Positions 25,507 to 39,669 of a DNA stretch of 64,000 bases are shown here, one piece after another (the first letter of the stretch is position 1; each line of letters starts with the position of its first letter). Made by a program: the position numbers and the translations under genes. The DNA lies in NCBI GenBank assembly GCA_951406725.2, contig OX597830.1, positions 37,634,001 to 37,698,000 on the forward strand, read 5' to 3'. A model generated the notes under the pieces. That model was not told the DNA's origin. It searched no databases and was given only the letters and a program-made list of their open reading frames with translations. This DNA is from Octopus vulgaris. Its lineage: Eukaryota.

Positions 25507-26747
25507 AATACATATCGTCCTCGAAATAGCTTGTGCCCGCGCCCTCCACCATCAACCACGCCTCCCTCAGAACGTAATCAAGTTCCGAGTTCGCGTCGCC
25601 CGGGACCAAGTTATAATCTTCATTGAGCTCCTTTAGCCCAAGCGTCACGTCGAACGCCACGGCCTCTACAGCTACCTGCGGAGGCCATTCGGGGTCATGT
25701 GTGAAGTCTAAAGGTGCTCCCTTGTAGTGCTCTTCTATCACTTTTTCAATTTCTCCTCCTCTATAGAAGAGAACCAATACGTTCAGTTCTTTCGTTGGCG
25801 GCACAGTTCCCACCAACGGTATTCCTTCTCTTGTCGGTGGCACAACCCCAACCGACGTAGTTCCGGGACATTTCGGTGCTATACTGACAGCCGGCAATGT
25901 CCCGTTTTTCTTCCTCTTTTTCTTTTTTTTTCCCTTTTCAACTGAGGGAGGGTGCGTCTCCTCCGTGGCTGGAAGATTCGCCTTCCTCTCCTCATCCCTA
26001 TTATCCTTTGGTGAGCACCCATTGTTGCTCACCTTCCTCTTTCGGCCTCTGTTTGAGGAGTCCTCTGCTTTCTCGGTCGTTATCGTTCCCTCTTCTAGAG
26101 GGGTTTTACTTAACTGTTCCGGGATCCTATTTTGTTCCCGAGGACAGTTCTTCTTTATGTGGCCGGACTTCAAGCACCGATGACACTTAGGGGGGGCGAC
26201 CCTCAAGCATCGCCGGGTACCTGCACCCGGCCATTTTCAAAAAATCTGGAAGAACCAGATTGGCTGATTGGGTCCACAGGGTCAAAATTGCTTTTGATCC
26301 TACCCAAGCAGCCGCAGGAAGAACTTTTACATTGAGGAGCTTAGTTTCGCTGTCACCCAGACCCCGGCGGATAGTCTCCTCTATCCACTCGGGTTCTATG
26401 TCGGGTGGCAATCTGCATATCCAAGCTTTCATCAATTTCTTTTTTTTGTACGTGGGCAGGAATAAGAATTCCTTACCCTCCAGGGGTTTGCTAGCAAATT
26501 TGCAAGCCTCTTCAGGGGTGTCAAACAGCAACCACACCGTTGCATATTTGACACCCCTGGAAATGACTTTAATTGTTGGCAAATACTCTTCCAACTCCTC
26601 CTCAATTGCCGTCTTTTCGAATAAGGCGATGGTGTCGAGTGCCTTGGAGTAGGTTCTCAACACCACCGTCCTATCTTCACGGTCTTTTAACCACTTTTTA
26701 GGTGGTATGATTTCCCACTCCAAAATTTTGTTATTTTTCATTGCCAT
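25502..26747 (-). CDS. Gag-like ORF1 protein (putative RRM-like N-terminus, CCHC knuckle, basic region), ~415 aa, one frameshift at ~26190
   Basis: ORF 26187-26747 ends LEGRPP; ORF 25502-26206 continues PPKCHRCLKSGHIKKNC (CX2CX4HX4C). One extra base in a G7 run (26189-26196 region) separates them. Confidence 0.75.
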
Positions 26748-27484
26748 GTTTTTTTTTAAATATATTCAAATTAAACTCAAAAAGCGCAGGAAGAAAAAAG
26801 TTCAAAAGTTCAAATAAAATTTGATAGATTTTTGAAAAAACAAAAAGGAGAAAGCACAACATAAGGGAAGAAATCAACGGAAAGTCGCAATAAAGAAAAA
26901 AAACAAAAGGGGGGGGGTTAAATGAAGTTCAAAAGAAAGTTAATAAACAGAAAAAAAACACAGCAAAAATATTCTGGCCTTGCGGTACTCCCGGCCTGGG
27001 TTGAACCTGGAACGCCGCAACTGCAACACAACCTCCACAAAAATGGGTCCGAAAGGTAATCCAATAGTGGCTTATTTTTATAATTTTTTTGCGAAGTAGT
27101 AGTTTTCACAATTCATAAAAGTTCTTCACAGCACAATACAATTCTCACAATTACGTGAGAAAAATATTTACTCACTTTATCGAAGACGGATACGCCCCCA
27201 AAAATTTTCTCAGCGAGAAAAATATATTTGCCACATGTCGGCAGAATCAGAATTCTGAATCCAGTAGGACTTCCTGCCTGTAAAAAACAATTCTCAACAA
27301 AAACTCCCACTGGACCCAGAAAACAGAATCTTACCTTACATGGGGCTTGCAAAGTTTTCAATTCAAGACGGCTTCAATAGCACATCTTCACCGCTTCAGT
27401 GCCAAACACAACACTGACTCGCACATGCGCAGAAGCAACCGTTAGCAAGCTACTTACCACACAGCCACTCCTGCGCCTATAGAC

Positions 27485-27529
<45 letters not shown>

Positions 27530-28019
27530 CACGTCTATATGAAAGAAGTAACGATCTACACTTCTATTTCTCCTTTCCTTATTAAACTTTATACATATAA
27601 AAATATATCAAGAGAGAGAGAGAGAGAGAGAGAGGGTGGTTGTATATGTATATATTTATACCTGTATGTATGTGTATAAGTATGCATGTGTGTATGTACT
27701 TGACATTATAAGAATTTAGGTACTTTGAGAAAGTCAAATAATTCCTTTTTTAGAAAGATGAATCCCACCGCATATAAAGCTCTCTGTAAGTATTACCTTA
27801 AACGTTGTAAGTATTGGCTTAAAAACTCTTTGGATGCAAGAGGTAAAAGTCTGGCCGTGCGATACGACCCTGCATCTACTGTAAACATGATACATGTATA
27901 TGCATAGATGTACACTGACCACATATAGACAATACCCACGCATTGATACCCATTGACACTGACATGCATACACACGCACACACACGTACATATACACATA
28001 CTTACATATATATATTTCT

Positions 28020-28190
28020 TTACTGCCCACAAGGGGCTAAACATACAGGGGACAAACAAGGACACAGGGATTAAGTCGATTACATCGACCCCAGTGCGTA
28101 ACTGGTACTTTATTTGAACTCAGAACGTAACGGCGGACGAAATACGGCTACGCATTTCGCCCGGTGTGCTAACGTTTCTGCCAGCTCCCC
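28020..28190 (-). mobile_element. SINE family B with internal deletion
   Basis: Reverse complement of the 16262/40276 head and tail. Confidence 0.8.
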
Positions 28191-28344
28191 GCATACTTAC
28201 ATATATAAATAAACGAAAACACGCACAAATACCGTGTTCGAAGATATTTGAGGACAGATTTATATTATTAAAAAAAGAAACGAACATGTAATAACATATA
28301 ACTTTATTTATCAAAAAACGCTATGAGTATTTGAATAAACATTC

Positions 28345-28868
28345 CTCTCTATAATGTTATTCAATAAAGCCACCTTCAGCTCAGCATCTACTTCTACACG
28401 AGATCTAAATCATCTACATGCTCGAATCAAGTGGTCCTGGTTCATTTTGGACATTACTCTGACTATGGTAGCTTTCATAGAATCCTTGGTGTTATGGGCG
28501 TGTTCATTTACCTCTCTACCAACAACGCTCCACATATAATAAGCCCAATGGATTGAGATCTGGGGAATTAGGAGGCCAAATGTTAAGGGTTATGTGATCA
28601 TGAACATTTTTCAGCCATCCATTCCCGTGTTACTAGAGCCATGTGTGATAGTGGAGAATCTTACTGAAACACATGTGGCCTTCCATTGCATACACTGCCT
28701 ATCCAGGGCTTAACAGCTATTTCTAGGAGCTCAAAGTAGGCAGCAGAGTTAACTCCAAGGTTTTGCGGAAAGAAGTATGGAGGCATCACATGTCCTTCAT
28801 TGCTGACAAACCCTAAAACCATAACAGTTGCGGGAAATCTTGTATGCATAACACTTGGAACATCAGAA
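28345..28868 (-). pseudogene. Tc1/mariner-superfamily transposase remnant (maT/DD37D-like catalytic domain)
   Basis: RFPATVMVLGFVSNEGHVMPPYFF...VNSAAYFELL...VKPWI...GRPHVFQ*DS followed by a frameshifted SPDLNP-like segment. Confidence 0.75.
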
Positions 28869-28969
28869 AGGTATACGTATACATATTTTATCTGCCGATG
28901 TTTATTTACTATGCATTTTTCCACTTATTAAATAACGATATGTACTACACCAATGTTATTAAGAGTAAC

Positions 28970-29031
<62 letters not shown>

Positions 29032-29058
29032 TGTATATATACATATATATATGTATGT

Positions 29059-29185
29059 ATGACCGCGTGTGTATTGTTGGTGGTTTTTTTCCCTCTGTCT
29101 TCCTTTCTCTGGATCTTTCCTTCTCCTATGTTTCCGACGAAGAGCTCCGCTCGAAACGTTAAAACCTCCTTCTTTCCTTCTTTGC
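29059..29185 (+). mobile_element. Family H2 copy; hammerhead-like motif with CCGACGA core variant
   Basis: GTTT-CCGACGA-A-GAGCTCCGCTC-GAAA-CG-TT-AAAAC. Confidence 0.7.
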
Positions 29186-29233
29186 TTACACACACACGCA
29201 CACACACGCACACACACACACACGCACGCACAC

Positions 29234-29274
<41 letters not shown>

Positions 29275-29276
<2 letters not shown>

Positions 29277-30022
29277 TATTATTAATAACATTGGTATGCT
29301 ACATACCGTTACTTAATAAGTTGAAAAATGCATAGTAAATAAACATCGGCAGATAAAATACGTATGCATATCCAACCGGACAGGAGTTAGATACTGAGGG
29401 TCCCTAATCTTTCATCACAGGCGTTGCTACTGACCGTCTGTTCGAAGGATTATTTATCTAAATCCAGTGGAATAGATCCACTGGTTTTCAAATATAGAAA
29501 TATTATTATTTTTATGTCTCTACAAAGGAGACTACGGCAGCGGTACTGGATACTAATAATTACCGCCAAGTTTACATGGCATCGCTAGAGGCGATGACCT
29601 GTTGGAGCTAATCAGCGGCAGCTTTGGTCCTATATTTATGGACTGTCATATCAGCTTGGCGATAACTATTAATATCCAGTACTGCTGCCGTAGTCTCCTT
29701 TAGAGAGACTTAGAAATAATAATATTTCCATTTTTGAAAACTAATGGATGTATTCCACTAAATTTATGTAAATAATCCTTCGAACAGACGGTCAGTAGCG
29801 ACGTCAGCTGGGTTAAAGGGCAGATACCCTGAAACATGTCTGCTGATGTCTGACCAGCAAGGGGAAGCAGCTGACGTCCCCTGTTCGAAGGTTATAATGG
29901 ACACAGGTTCGTGTGTTATATAGCTAGCTAGAGGCGATGGCCTCTTGGAGCTAATCAACAGCAGCTTTCGTCCCATATTAGCTTGGTGATAACTATTAAT
30001 ATCCTGCACTGCTGCCGTAGTC
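29275..30022. repeat. Rearranged non-coding repeat (family H4) with internal inverted and direct duplications
   Basis: 29422-29572 is inverted at 29653-29805; 29583-29693 is repeated at 29926-30022; 29275-29555 is inverted at 32250-32533; 29281-29370 is inverted at 28876-28965. Confidence 0.8.
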
Positions 30023-30066
30023 AGAGATTGTTAGAAATAATAATGTAGAGATTTCACTATGTTAGA

Positions 30067-30148
<82 letters not shown>

Positions 30149-30221
30149 CATACATACATGCATGCATACATACATACATATCTCTCTCTCTCTCTCTCTG
30201 TATATATATATATATATTCAG

Positions 30222-30420
30222 TATGTGACCTCGTGAAGACCACTTGCATTTTTTTCCCTCTGTCCTCCCACCTCGGGATCTTTCTTTCTCCTATGTTTCC
30301 GACGAAAAGCTCCGCTCGAAACGTCATACCCTCCTTCTTCCCTTCTTTCCTGAGCGTCCAATAATACTTTATTTGTTCCACATCCTCGCGTTGTTGTCTT
30401 TTTGTTTTCTTGTTTGGATT
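30222..30420 (+). mobile_element. Family H2 copy
   Basis: Homologous to 10380-10585. Confidence 0.75.
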
Positions 30421-30714
30421 AAATTTATATATATATATATATATATAATGGCGCTGTCAACATCGGACGTGCAGGTGTAGAGGACCGTTTAAAAATTCCG
30501 CTTTGAACGCATTCAACTAGAAATATGCCGACTCCTCCAGGCTAAATCGGTAACAGGTTCATTTCTTGAATAATTAATAAGAAAAGCACTTTTTACCCAC
30601 CAAAGTAGCGTTATCCTGAAAATATTTAAAAATATACATCTACCCCACGGGGAATCTCGCAAAGAACGATTATGGCTGAGACTAACAGAACCCTGGATGA
30701 AACATACAAACAAA

Positions 30715-31110
30715 GATACATACAATTAAGAACCCACAGTATGGCGGAAGCCATAACTACTCATAATAAAAGGAGCACTGGTAGAATGTCCCATTGAAAA
30801 CCTCAATAACATGTTAACACAATAGTCCTTTCAAAATGATTTGGAATAGAGATAAGAAACTGCGTATAGTTATATGGAAATCAGCTTTCTAACGGATGTT
30901 AATATAATGCTAAAGATCAACGGAAAAGAAAATACCTACACTGAAATATTGGGAAATTTACTATCACTTTATCTAGATTACAAGTTCGGGTTTATAGCTG
31001 TACCTATTGAGGCACTAGGATATTTGGCACACTGCCTAAATATCAATCTTGATAAATTAAGCTTCTCAACTTAGAAAGGAGAAACCTGATTCGAAGACTA
31101 CAGATCTAAT
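30715..31110 (+). pseudogene. Decayed R4-like RLE endonuclease fragment (same lineage as 22370-22795)
   Basis: DNA similarity to 22645-22770; peptide EISFLTDVNIMLKINGKENTY...YKFGFIAVPIEALGY parallels IDMTVPIDINV..K..KY...IPVVIGALG. Confidence 0.7.
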
Positions 31111-31315
31111 CCATCATGAGAAGACATGCATAAAAAACATACAAATATGCTCGTATACATACTTATGTACATGCATGCAAAAATAGCCTGTTAATATTGC
31201 TGAAATTCCAGTGAAGGGGTCTTGGGTCAACGTTAGAAACCGGCTCTCTCTGTTAGCAAGAAATATCGAAATAAGGCTGAATAATGACTTACATACATAC
31301 ACAGATATATACGCG

Positions 31316-31362
<47 letters not shown>

Positions 31363-31438
31363 TCTAGTTCCAGCTCAGAGCTGCGGCCATATTGAAGCAC
31401 CGCCGTTTTGTGCTACACTGTTATTGCGACGAACCTCG

Positions 31439-31551
<113 letters not shown>

Positions 31552-32249
31552 TATTTATATATGGTGTGTGTGTGTATACACCTTTATTTGTGTAATAGAG
31601 TATGTATATGTATCTGCGTGTCTATATATGTGTGTCTGCATGTGTACATAATATGGAAAACCATGTAGGTGGATTTAGTTGTATCAGTAATTTTATAGAT
31701 TACGTGCTGACACGAATCCTCTTTATGTTGTTTTAATGAATGATACGTATATACGTAACATATAGGTTTTGAACATATGCATTATTTTACTTTAATCAAG
31801 AATCCGGTCACGTAACTATTAGATTTCAGAGAGTGCCGTTTATAACAACTTTCCGGGAGTATTTGGTAAAGTGTTTGTTTAGCAATTTTAAAAAATTTCT
31901 TAAAGTGTCTAAGTCCATTAGCGATTTTTGTTTTGAATATCGATTGTTTTTTTTTTTCACGATAACTTAATCGATTCCTGCATTAGGCAATGTTGTATTT
32001 GGATGTTTAGACACAGCAGTAGTCATGATTTGCACACCTGCAAAATGAGATCAGACAAAACTATATATTTAGCTATTCGCTTACGGTTCACCTTCAGAAA
32101 CCTTGCTATGTGTATATGTAAATATATATATATATTTATATATGCAGGTATATTGATGTGAGTAGGGGAAATAGAACTCACAATGTGAGCAGATGTATAT
32201 TTTTGTTAATATCAAGCGAGTGACTCAAGATTCAAGATGTATACATACA

Positions 32250-32532
32250 TCCAGTATCCAGTACCGCTGCCGTAGTCTCCTTTGGAGAGACATAGAAGTA
32301 ATAATATTTGTATATTTGAAAACCAGTGGATCTATTCCAGTGGATTTAGATAAATAATCCTTCGAACAGACGGTCAGTAGCGACGCCTGTGATAAAAAAT
32401 TAGGAACCCTCAGTATCTAACTCCTGTCCGGTTGGATACGTATACGTATTTTATCTGCCGATGTTTATTTACTATGCATTTTTCAACTTATTAAGTAACG
32501 GTATGTAGCATACCAATGTTATTAACAGTAAC

Positions 32533-32533
<1 letters not shown>
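32250..32533. repeat. Family H4 copy, inverted relative to 29275-29555
   Basis: High-identity reverse complement. Confidence 0.85.
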
Positions 32534-32565
<32 letters not shown>

Positions 32566-32719
32566 GTGTGTGTTCTATGTATTACAGACTAATAAATGGA
32601 TAGGTACACACATACATATGCAATACAAATGAACATGCATTTACATGCATGTTCATATTTATATAAACATATACAGACATAAGCATAATTATATGTATGT
32701 GTATGTATGCATGTATATA

Positions 32720-33518
32720 TGTACGACGGCGAAACAAACAAGAATTTTGCAATATTAGTTTATTCGCTTAGTTTTACATGTTTACACAGTTATCTCCTTG
32801 AAATTATTCTCCATTTGAAGCAATGCCTCGGTTCAGGCTTATTTTCCATTATTCGAAACAGTGCTGACCTCTTCCAAATCTGCAAATTCCGATGTCCCAG
32901 CTTTTGTCACCAGTGATGAGCTTCGAAAAAATGTCCTGATCAACTTCAAACTGCTGTTTCTGTTCACGACACGCATTCAGTCATGACTGATTTTGATCTT
33001 CCGTGAGCAAGCAAATTGTTTGCAGGCGCACCAGAACACAGCACCAGAACCTACAACTTTGTCAATTGTTCGGAGACGGTCCTCCAAGGTCAGTTCATGA
33101 ATTTTCATGATGTTTTCATTCGTTCGGGAGCTTGTTGAACATCCTGAGCAAGAGTGCTCTTCCAGCGTCAAGTGACGATTTCCTAAAGCGCAAAAACTAC
33201 TCGTATTTTGCTTCTCATAGCAGCATTCTTGTAAGCTGTTTGAAGCATGAGAACTGCTTCGTTTACCGTTTTCCCCAGCAGAAAACAAGATATCACGGAA
33301 GCACGCAGGTTCTTCTGTCAGGCATTGCAACAATCGACGAACAGTAGAGAATCACTGCAAAGCAAAGGCGCACCACTCGGAAATATGACCCCATAGGCCA
33401 AGCCGATGTGCAGACCTATCCCTAAGTGAGGCATCAGTTGGCTTCTAGCGGATGAAGTTTATGCTACCACTGGTTTTTCTCACAAAGGACATTTGCAGTT
33501 ACTTTTTGATACCCATAT
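32720..33518 (-). mobile_element. Internally deleted, decayed mariner element
   Basis: Peptides CFLLGKTVNEAVLMLQTAYKNAAM, LEEHSCSGCSTSSRTNENIMKIHELTLEDRLRTI (HTH) and FSKLITGDKSW (first catalytic D); TIR-like TTACTTTTTGATACCC near 33500. Confidence 0.7.
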
Positions 33519-34134
33519 GTATGTGTATATGTATGTGTGCACGTTTGTATTAGCACATATATGTGTGTATGTATATGTGTATATGCATGCATGATCACTT
33601 GTGTATGTGTGAGTGTGTGTGTGTATGTGTGTGTTCGTGTGTGCTGAGTTGTATAGCTACAAATAAGAAATGAGTATCCAATACATATATTGTATATATT
33701 TCTGTGAAAAGTTTAAGCAGACGCATGGATTACGCTACATTTGGAATGATGCAGAAAATCAATAGACGACACAACAATTCGACGCTGATAATATCTATAT
33801 TCCGAACGTTAATATTTCACAATAGTTTGTGTAAGCATTTTAAAGATTGGTATATAGTGTAATAAGTAACTTTACCTAACTACACATCTGTAACAGCTTT
33901 ACGTTAATAAGATGAGCATAGGGACTGTTCTTATATATTGAATAGGCTACTACAGAAGTTAGCAGACAATTTGTTTTGAAACATTCTGAAAAATTATCAC
34001 AGGGGATATCATTTCTGGAAAACAGACACATTTAAGTTAGTACACTCAATTGAATAACGATGGAGAAAACATATTTCACACACAAGCACACACACACACA
34101 ATCACAGACACAGACGTACACGCGTGCGCGCAGA

Positions 34135-34294
34135 GGCATTGGTGTGGCTGTGTTGCAAGAAGTTTCCTTCCGAGCAACATGGTTCTAGGGTCTGTAGCAT
34201 TGCGTAGCAAACTGGCCAATTGTTCTCTACCATAGCCTTTGGCTGACCAAGGTCTTGTGAGTAGATTTGAGACGGAAACTGAAACAAGCCAGTC

Positions 34295-34300
<6 letters not shown>
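34135..34300 (+). mobile_element. SINE family A 5' half (3' half at ~35020-35215)
   Basis: GTGGCTGTGTTGCAAGAAG...GACGGAAACTGAAACAAGCC. Confidence 0.7.
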
Positions 34301-34335
<35 letters not shown>

Positions 34336-34429
34336 AGTGTACATTTAAACACAATAGAAACTACCTTATATCAGGTAATTTTACACACAAGAAGAAGCAG
34401 TCAAAACGACCATAGCCACATTAAGTGTA

Positions 34430-34960
<531 letters not shown>

Positions 34961-35714
34961 ACTTACACATGTATTATATATGTATATGTGTGTGCGTGTT
35001 TGTGTATGCGTGCGCGCATGCGTGATTGTGTCTGTGTTTGTCACCTACCATCATTTGACAAAAATGTTGATGATTTTCGTTCCCGTAACATAGCGGTACA
35101 GTAAAAGAAATTGATAGAATACAAGAAAAGAAGTAGCGGGGTTGATTCGATCGATTTACATTCTTCAAGGCGGTGACCCACCATGGCTGCAGTCTAAGGA
35201 TTAACACAAATTAAGCAAAAGCCATATCTTTCACAACAACTGCAAAGCAGAACTAAAGAAACCGAAGTAACATTTTAGATATAGTAACCGATTCTTCCTC
35301 TAATTACATCAGACTGTTTAAAATAAAGCATACTTTATTTAATGTAATCAGTTTGAAGAAGTAGTAATGGCCATGATTAGAATGCTTTTAAGCGTATATC
35401 TGCTCTAACAGGGCTGACGAAATGTGACAACAAATAACCAATCTTTTCCTTTATTGCAGTACGCAAATATACTACTGTCTAGAATCGATGTGCTACGCAA
35501 GGAGTTATCTATTAGATCTTGAAGAGAAATCCTACCATAAGGATCCACTTTGATTATTGGAAATACATTTTTCATAAGTTTATTATCACGATCATAAATG
35601 TAATGTTACAAGGAAAGGCTCGGTAAGACGCTGAAAATTTTGCTTGTGTGGACATTTTGACAGGAAAGATTGTATTGTAGCTTGAATATTTTCTTTATAT
35701 TCATTTTTTTATTG

Positions 35715-35935
35715 CCTACAGGTTACTAAACTTAGAGGTGGTAAGCAAGGAGAGACAAAGGGATTAAGTCGATTACATTGACCCCAGTGCGTAACAAGTA
35801 CTTATTTAATCACTCCGAAAGTATGAAAAAGCAAAGTCGAGCTCGGCGGAATTTGAACACAGAACGTATCGGCCAACGAAATACCACTAAGCCTTTCTCC
35901 CGGTATCCTAACGATTCTGCCACCTCGCCGCCCTA
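35715..35935 (-). mobile_element. SINE family B
   Basis: Homology to 16262 and 40276. Confidence 0.75.
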
Positions 35936-36057
35936 ATATATTATTCAGGAATGTGCATTGGTATTGATGAATGACACCATACACACTCAGGGTGCTATTT
36001 CGGAAAGGCATCTATTTTCTAGTCAGAGAGGCTATGTGTGTGTAAATGAGGGTTTAG

Positions 36058-36104
<47 letters not shown>

Positions 36105-37093
36105 CCTGACTATTATACAATGAAGATTGATACAACTTGTAAATGACGGGATCCACATCCCAGTAACACAAATTAATGATGTTCTAAGCCGGTGACATTT
36201 TTGTTGACGCGTAGTGCGGAAGGACACGATTAGAATTTTGCTATTAGGATCTCGAAGTCGGAAGTAATGCTTAAACGATGAAATTGCCATCGTGTTCTTA
36301 TGCCAACTTTGTCTGAAATCTTTCTTGCAGTTCAAATCAATGACAGATGACGGTATGAACCAAAGATGCATACTTCCGATTACGCTGAATACGACAAAAC
36401 AGAAAGTTGTGAGTTTTAGAAAATATTTCTCATATACTAGAATTAGAAGCGCAAGTAATTAGAAATGTGAGATATATTCTGGTGTTAAAACACTCCCATT
36501 TATCGAACGGAATAATGATCTAATGAATATTTTGAGAAAGAGGATAATATCTAAGCACATGACTGATCTGAATTTACTGAAGGAATTATGACATGCGTCC
36601 CATGATCTCGACAAATAATTTGCGTTATGTGTCTCAGTTAATGCAGTGGTGTATGAGTAACGAAAAGCCAAAACTTTGACGGTTAATGTATGCTTATGCT
36701 ATTAAACCTATCACCTTACAACATAAACAAACGAGCGAGATGGACAAATGCATTCAAACATGCACGAGATGCAGTCTGATATAGGCCTCGGTGCAGTGTA
36801 CATGACAATGAGAAGATAAACACACAGATGGTGGCTTCTGGAGTGTGTTTGTACACAGTATTTGTTGTTATATTCATTGTCTTTTATTTAATTCATCTTT
36901 TCTAATTTGAAGAAGAAACAAAAGCAATTTATATTGAAATGTACCTTGGAAGATACAAACGGCGTAATATTTTAGCATTTTTTTAATATAATAATTACAT
37001 ATTATATCAAATTTAGGCAACTTCTCTGAATAAACGACGCAGAAAAACATAATAATAATAGTGATGATGATGATGATGATGATGATGTTGACG

Positions 37094-37148
<55 letters not shown>

Positions 37149-37150
<2 letters not shown>

Positions 37151-37991
37151 TACTGGACTAAACTAAACGCAAAAGAAATAGACAAAGAAAAATCCCAGCA
37201 ATGGTTGAGAAGCTCAGGACTCAAAGCAGAAACAGAGGGATTTTTAATTGCAGCACAAGACCAAAGCCTCCCCACCAGAAATTACCAAAAACATGTAATG
37301 AAAAGAAATATTACAAGTAACTGCAGAATATGTGGAGATGGACAAGAAACAATAAATCATATTATCTCTAGCTGCCCAGTCCTGGCTAAGAAGGAATATA
37401 TTCACAGACATGACAGAGTTGGAACTTACATACATTGGAAGCTATGCCAACATTATGGAATAACAACAGAAAAAAGATGGTATAGGCACACCCCAGAAAA
37501 GGTCACAGAAAACGAGAAAGCAACCATACTCTGGGATATGCCGATACACACAGATAGAGAAATTAAGGCCAACAGACCAGATATAGTTGTCAGAGACCAT
37601 GAAGAAAAAAAATGCTTTCTAATTGATGTATCAGTACCGGCAGATGACAACGTGTCTCTAAAAGAAATGGAGAAACTCTCAAAATACAAAGACCTGGAAA
37701 TAGAGGTAACTAGAATGTGGAATCTGAAAACAGAAACAATTCCTATCATAGTAGGTGCATTAGGCATGATAAAAAAATATTCAGACAAATACATAACAAA
37801 AACACCAGGACTTACAAACACATATAACATACAGAAAATTGCACTACTGGGCACTGCACACATCCTACGCAGAACACTTTCCATACAATAACCATCAGAG
37901 CATCACAACAAATCACAGCACATACCCAAGACACACAGAGCTGTGCTCGGTAGTGAAGTGAAAGCACGCTATAAAAATAAAAATAAAACTA

Positions 37992-37994
<3 letters not shown>
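37149..37994 (+). mobile_element. 5'-truncated R4/Dong-clade element (second subfamily), ORF open to 37891, embedded in (AAT)n
   Basis: QWLRSSGLKAETEGFLIAAQDQSLPTRNY, CRICGDGQETINHIISSC, RHD, RPDIVV..FLIDVSVP, KLSKYKDL; (AAT)n at 37049-37148 and 37995-38033. Confidence 0.92.
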
Positions 37995-38024
<30 letters not shown>

Positions 38025-38719
38025 TATAATAATAGACAAGACGAAGAGCGTGATGCGATTGCAATAGATATTTATTGGTTGAAAGATATTCCGACAACAA
38101 GCCTGTCTTTGTGAAGCTCAAAATAAGAAATGGTAAAATTAAAAATTATAGAAATTTAAATTTAAAGTAAAAACGAGAGCAGCCAACGTCTAAGGGCTAC
38201 AATAGGCAGCTGAAGAAATATCTGTTTGAAAAAACGATTTTTTTTGCCACATGCAGGTAACTTTCATGCAAGATATTTGAAATACCTTTGAAATATCTGT
38301 CATCTTTCTGTCAAATTTCTGAAATTTCTGTACTGTGTATGCTAAAATTACGCTATTTCCTTTAATCGCGATTCACTGTAACCTCGTTCGTTATAATGAT
38401 GTACAAAATCATTTGAATGTTTCCAGTAATCCCCTATGTTTATTACAAATCCGTTTTATCCTAAAAAAAATGGGATTTCGGATTTGACCGCATAATATGT
38501 AGCCTTTAAACGCTACACAGAATAAGAATTATATCATATAGAAATACTGGAATTTACCAAAGCGGTTGGATGTCAAAGGAAAATCGTAATGTAAATTATT
38601 GTTTTTGCATTTTATACCTTCTTACAGTTGGCTTGTCAGCCCTGTTAGCTTCGCTAGGTCCCAGTGTACAGCCCAGTGCTGGGCCAATGGACTTTGTACC
38701 ATTCAAATACGAATCAGAA

Positions 38720-39130
38720 ATTGCTGAAATCGACATTTCTATCAGTTAAAAACTTAATCGTTTCCGTGCTAAAATCAAAAGCCATTTATCATTTCTGGAA
38801 ACATGCAAACAAGAAAAAGTCATATCGGACGGTCTTAAATCAAATATACCAATGTGTGCATCAAAGCCTAATGATTTATTGCTTTAAAAGTTTAAACTAA
38901 TTGGTGAGAGTAATTCATTTAACATAATGCTATCATTGAACGCTATCGTTCAAAATCAATGTTGCTTGGTGCAGACATTAAGGAGATTTTGCGTGTCCTT
39001 GAAAAGGTATGTTCTTCTAATGATCGTTTAATGAACTTCTTGCAATTCTGTGACTGTTATGCAAAAAACTATTGCTTGAAGTCTAACATAAAATTCGCGT
39101 TTAGTTTTTTTCAAAAACTAGCATTGAATT
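38720..39130 (+). pseudogene. Possible decayed Penelope-like ORF N-terminus
   Basis: KSHLSFLETCKQEKVISDGLK resembles the H..FL..C.....P.GL motif at PLE ORF starts. Confidence 0.4.
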
Positions 39131-39614
39131 TTTGGATACGAAAGTTAAATTTTCTACAGGCAGAATAGAGACAGAGTTATTTTCCAAGCCCATATTTATC
39201 TCCACCGCCGCTCCGATCTTTCACATGATATTACATCTTTCACAAGATATTACATGCTGACCTTTCCGTTCATGAGAGCAGAATAACTAAGAACTTTTTT
39301 ATTTTATTTCTGTGTGTGGGTGACGTGTTAATGGATCAGTAAGTATGTAATGGGTAATAATATAAAATGAAGAATAAGGTAGAATGAAATTTTAAAAAGA
39401 AAAGAGTGAAAAATAAACAAATAACATTTAAATGGAAATAAAACATAATTATTTCAAAATAATTCAAAATTTAAGCTACGTTGTCAGGAGACAGACAGCC
39501 TTTGTTAAATACTAAACTGTCGAAGTAACATTATATGTTATATAATTTATATATTTATTAATAAAAATAATAAAATAACTTGCTTACATGTGTGTGTATG
39601 TGTGTGTGCGCATT

Positions 39615-39669
<55 letters not shown>

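Larger units (their letters stand above)
25207..27440 (-). mobile_element. Non-autonomous ORF1-only retroelement (half-L1/Tx1-like), 2234 bp, 15-bp TSD
   Basis: GTTAGCAAGCTACTT at 25192-25206 and 27441-27455; AATAAA at the 3' junction; no RT coding sequence. Confidence 0.85.
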
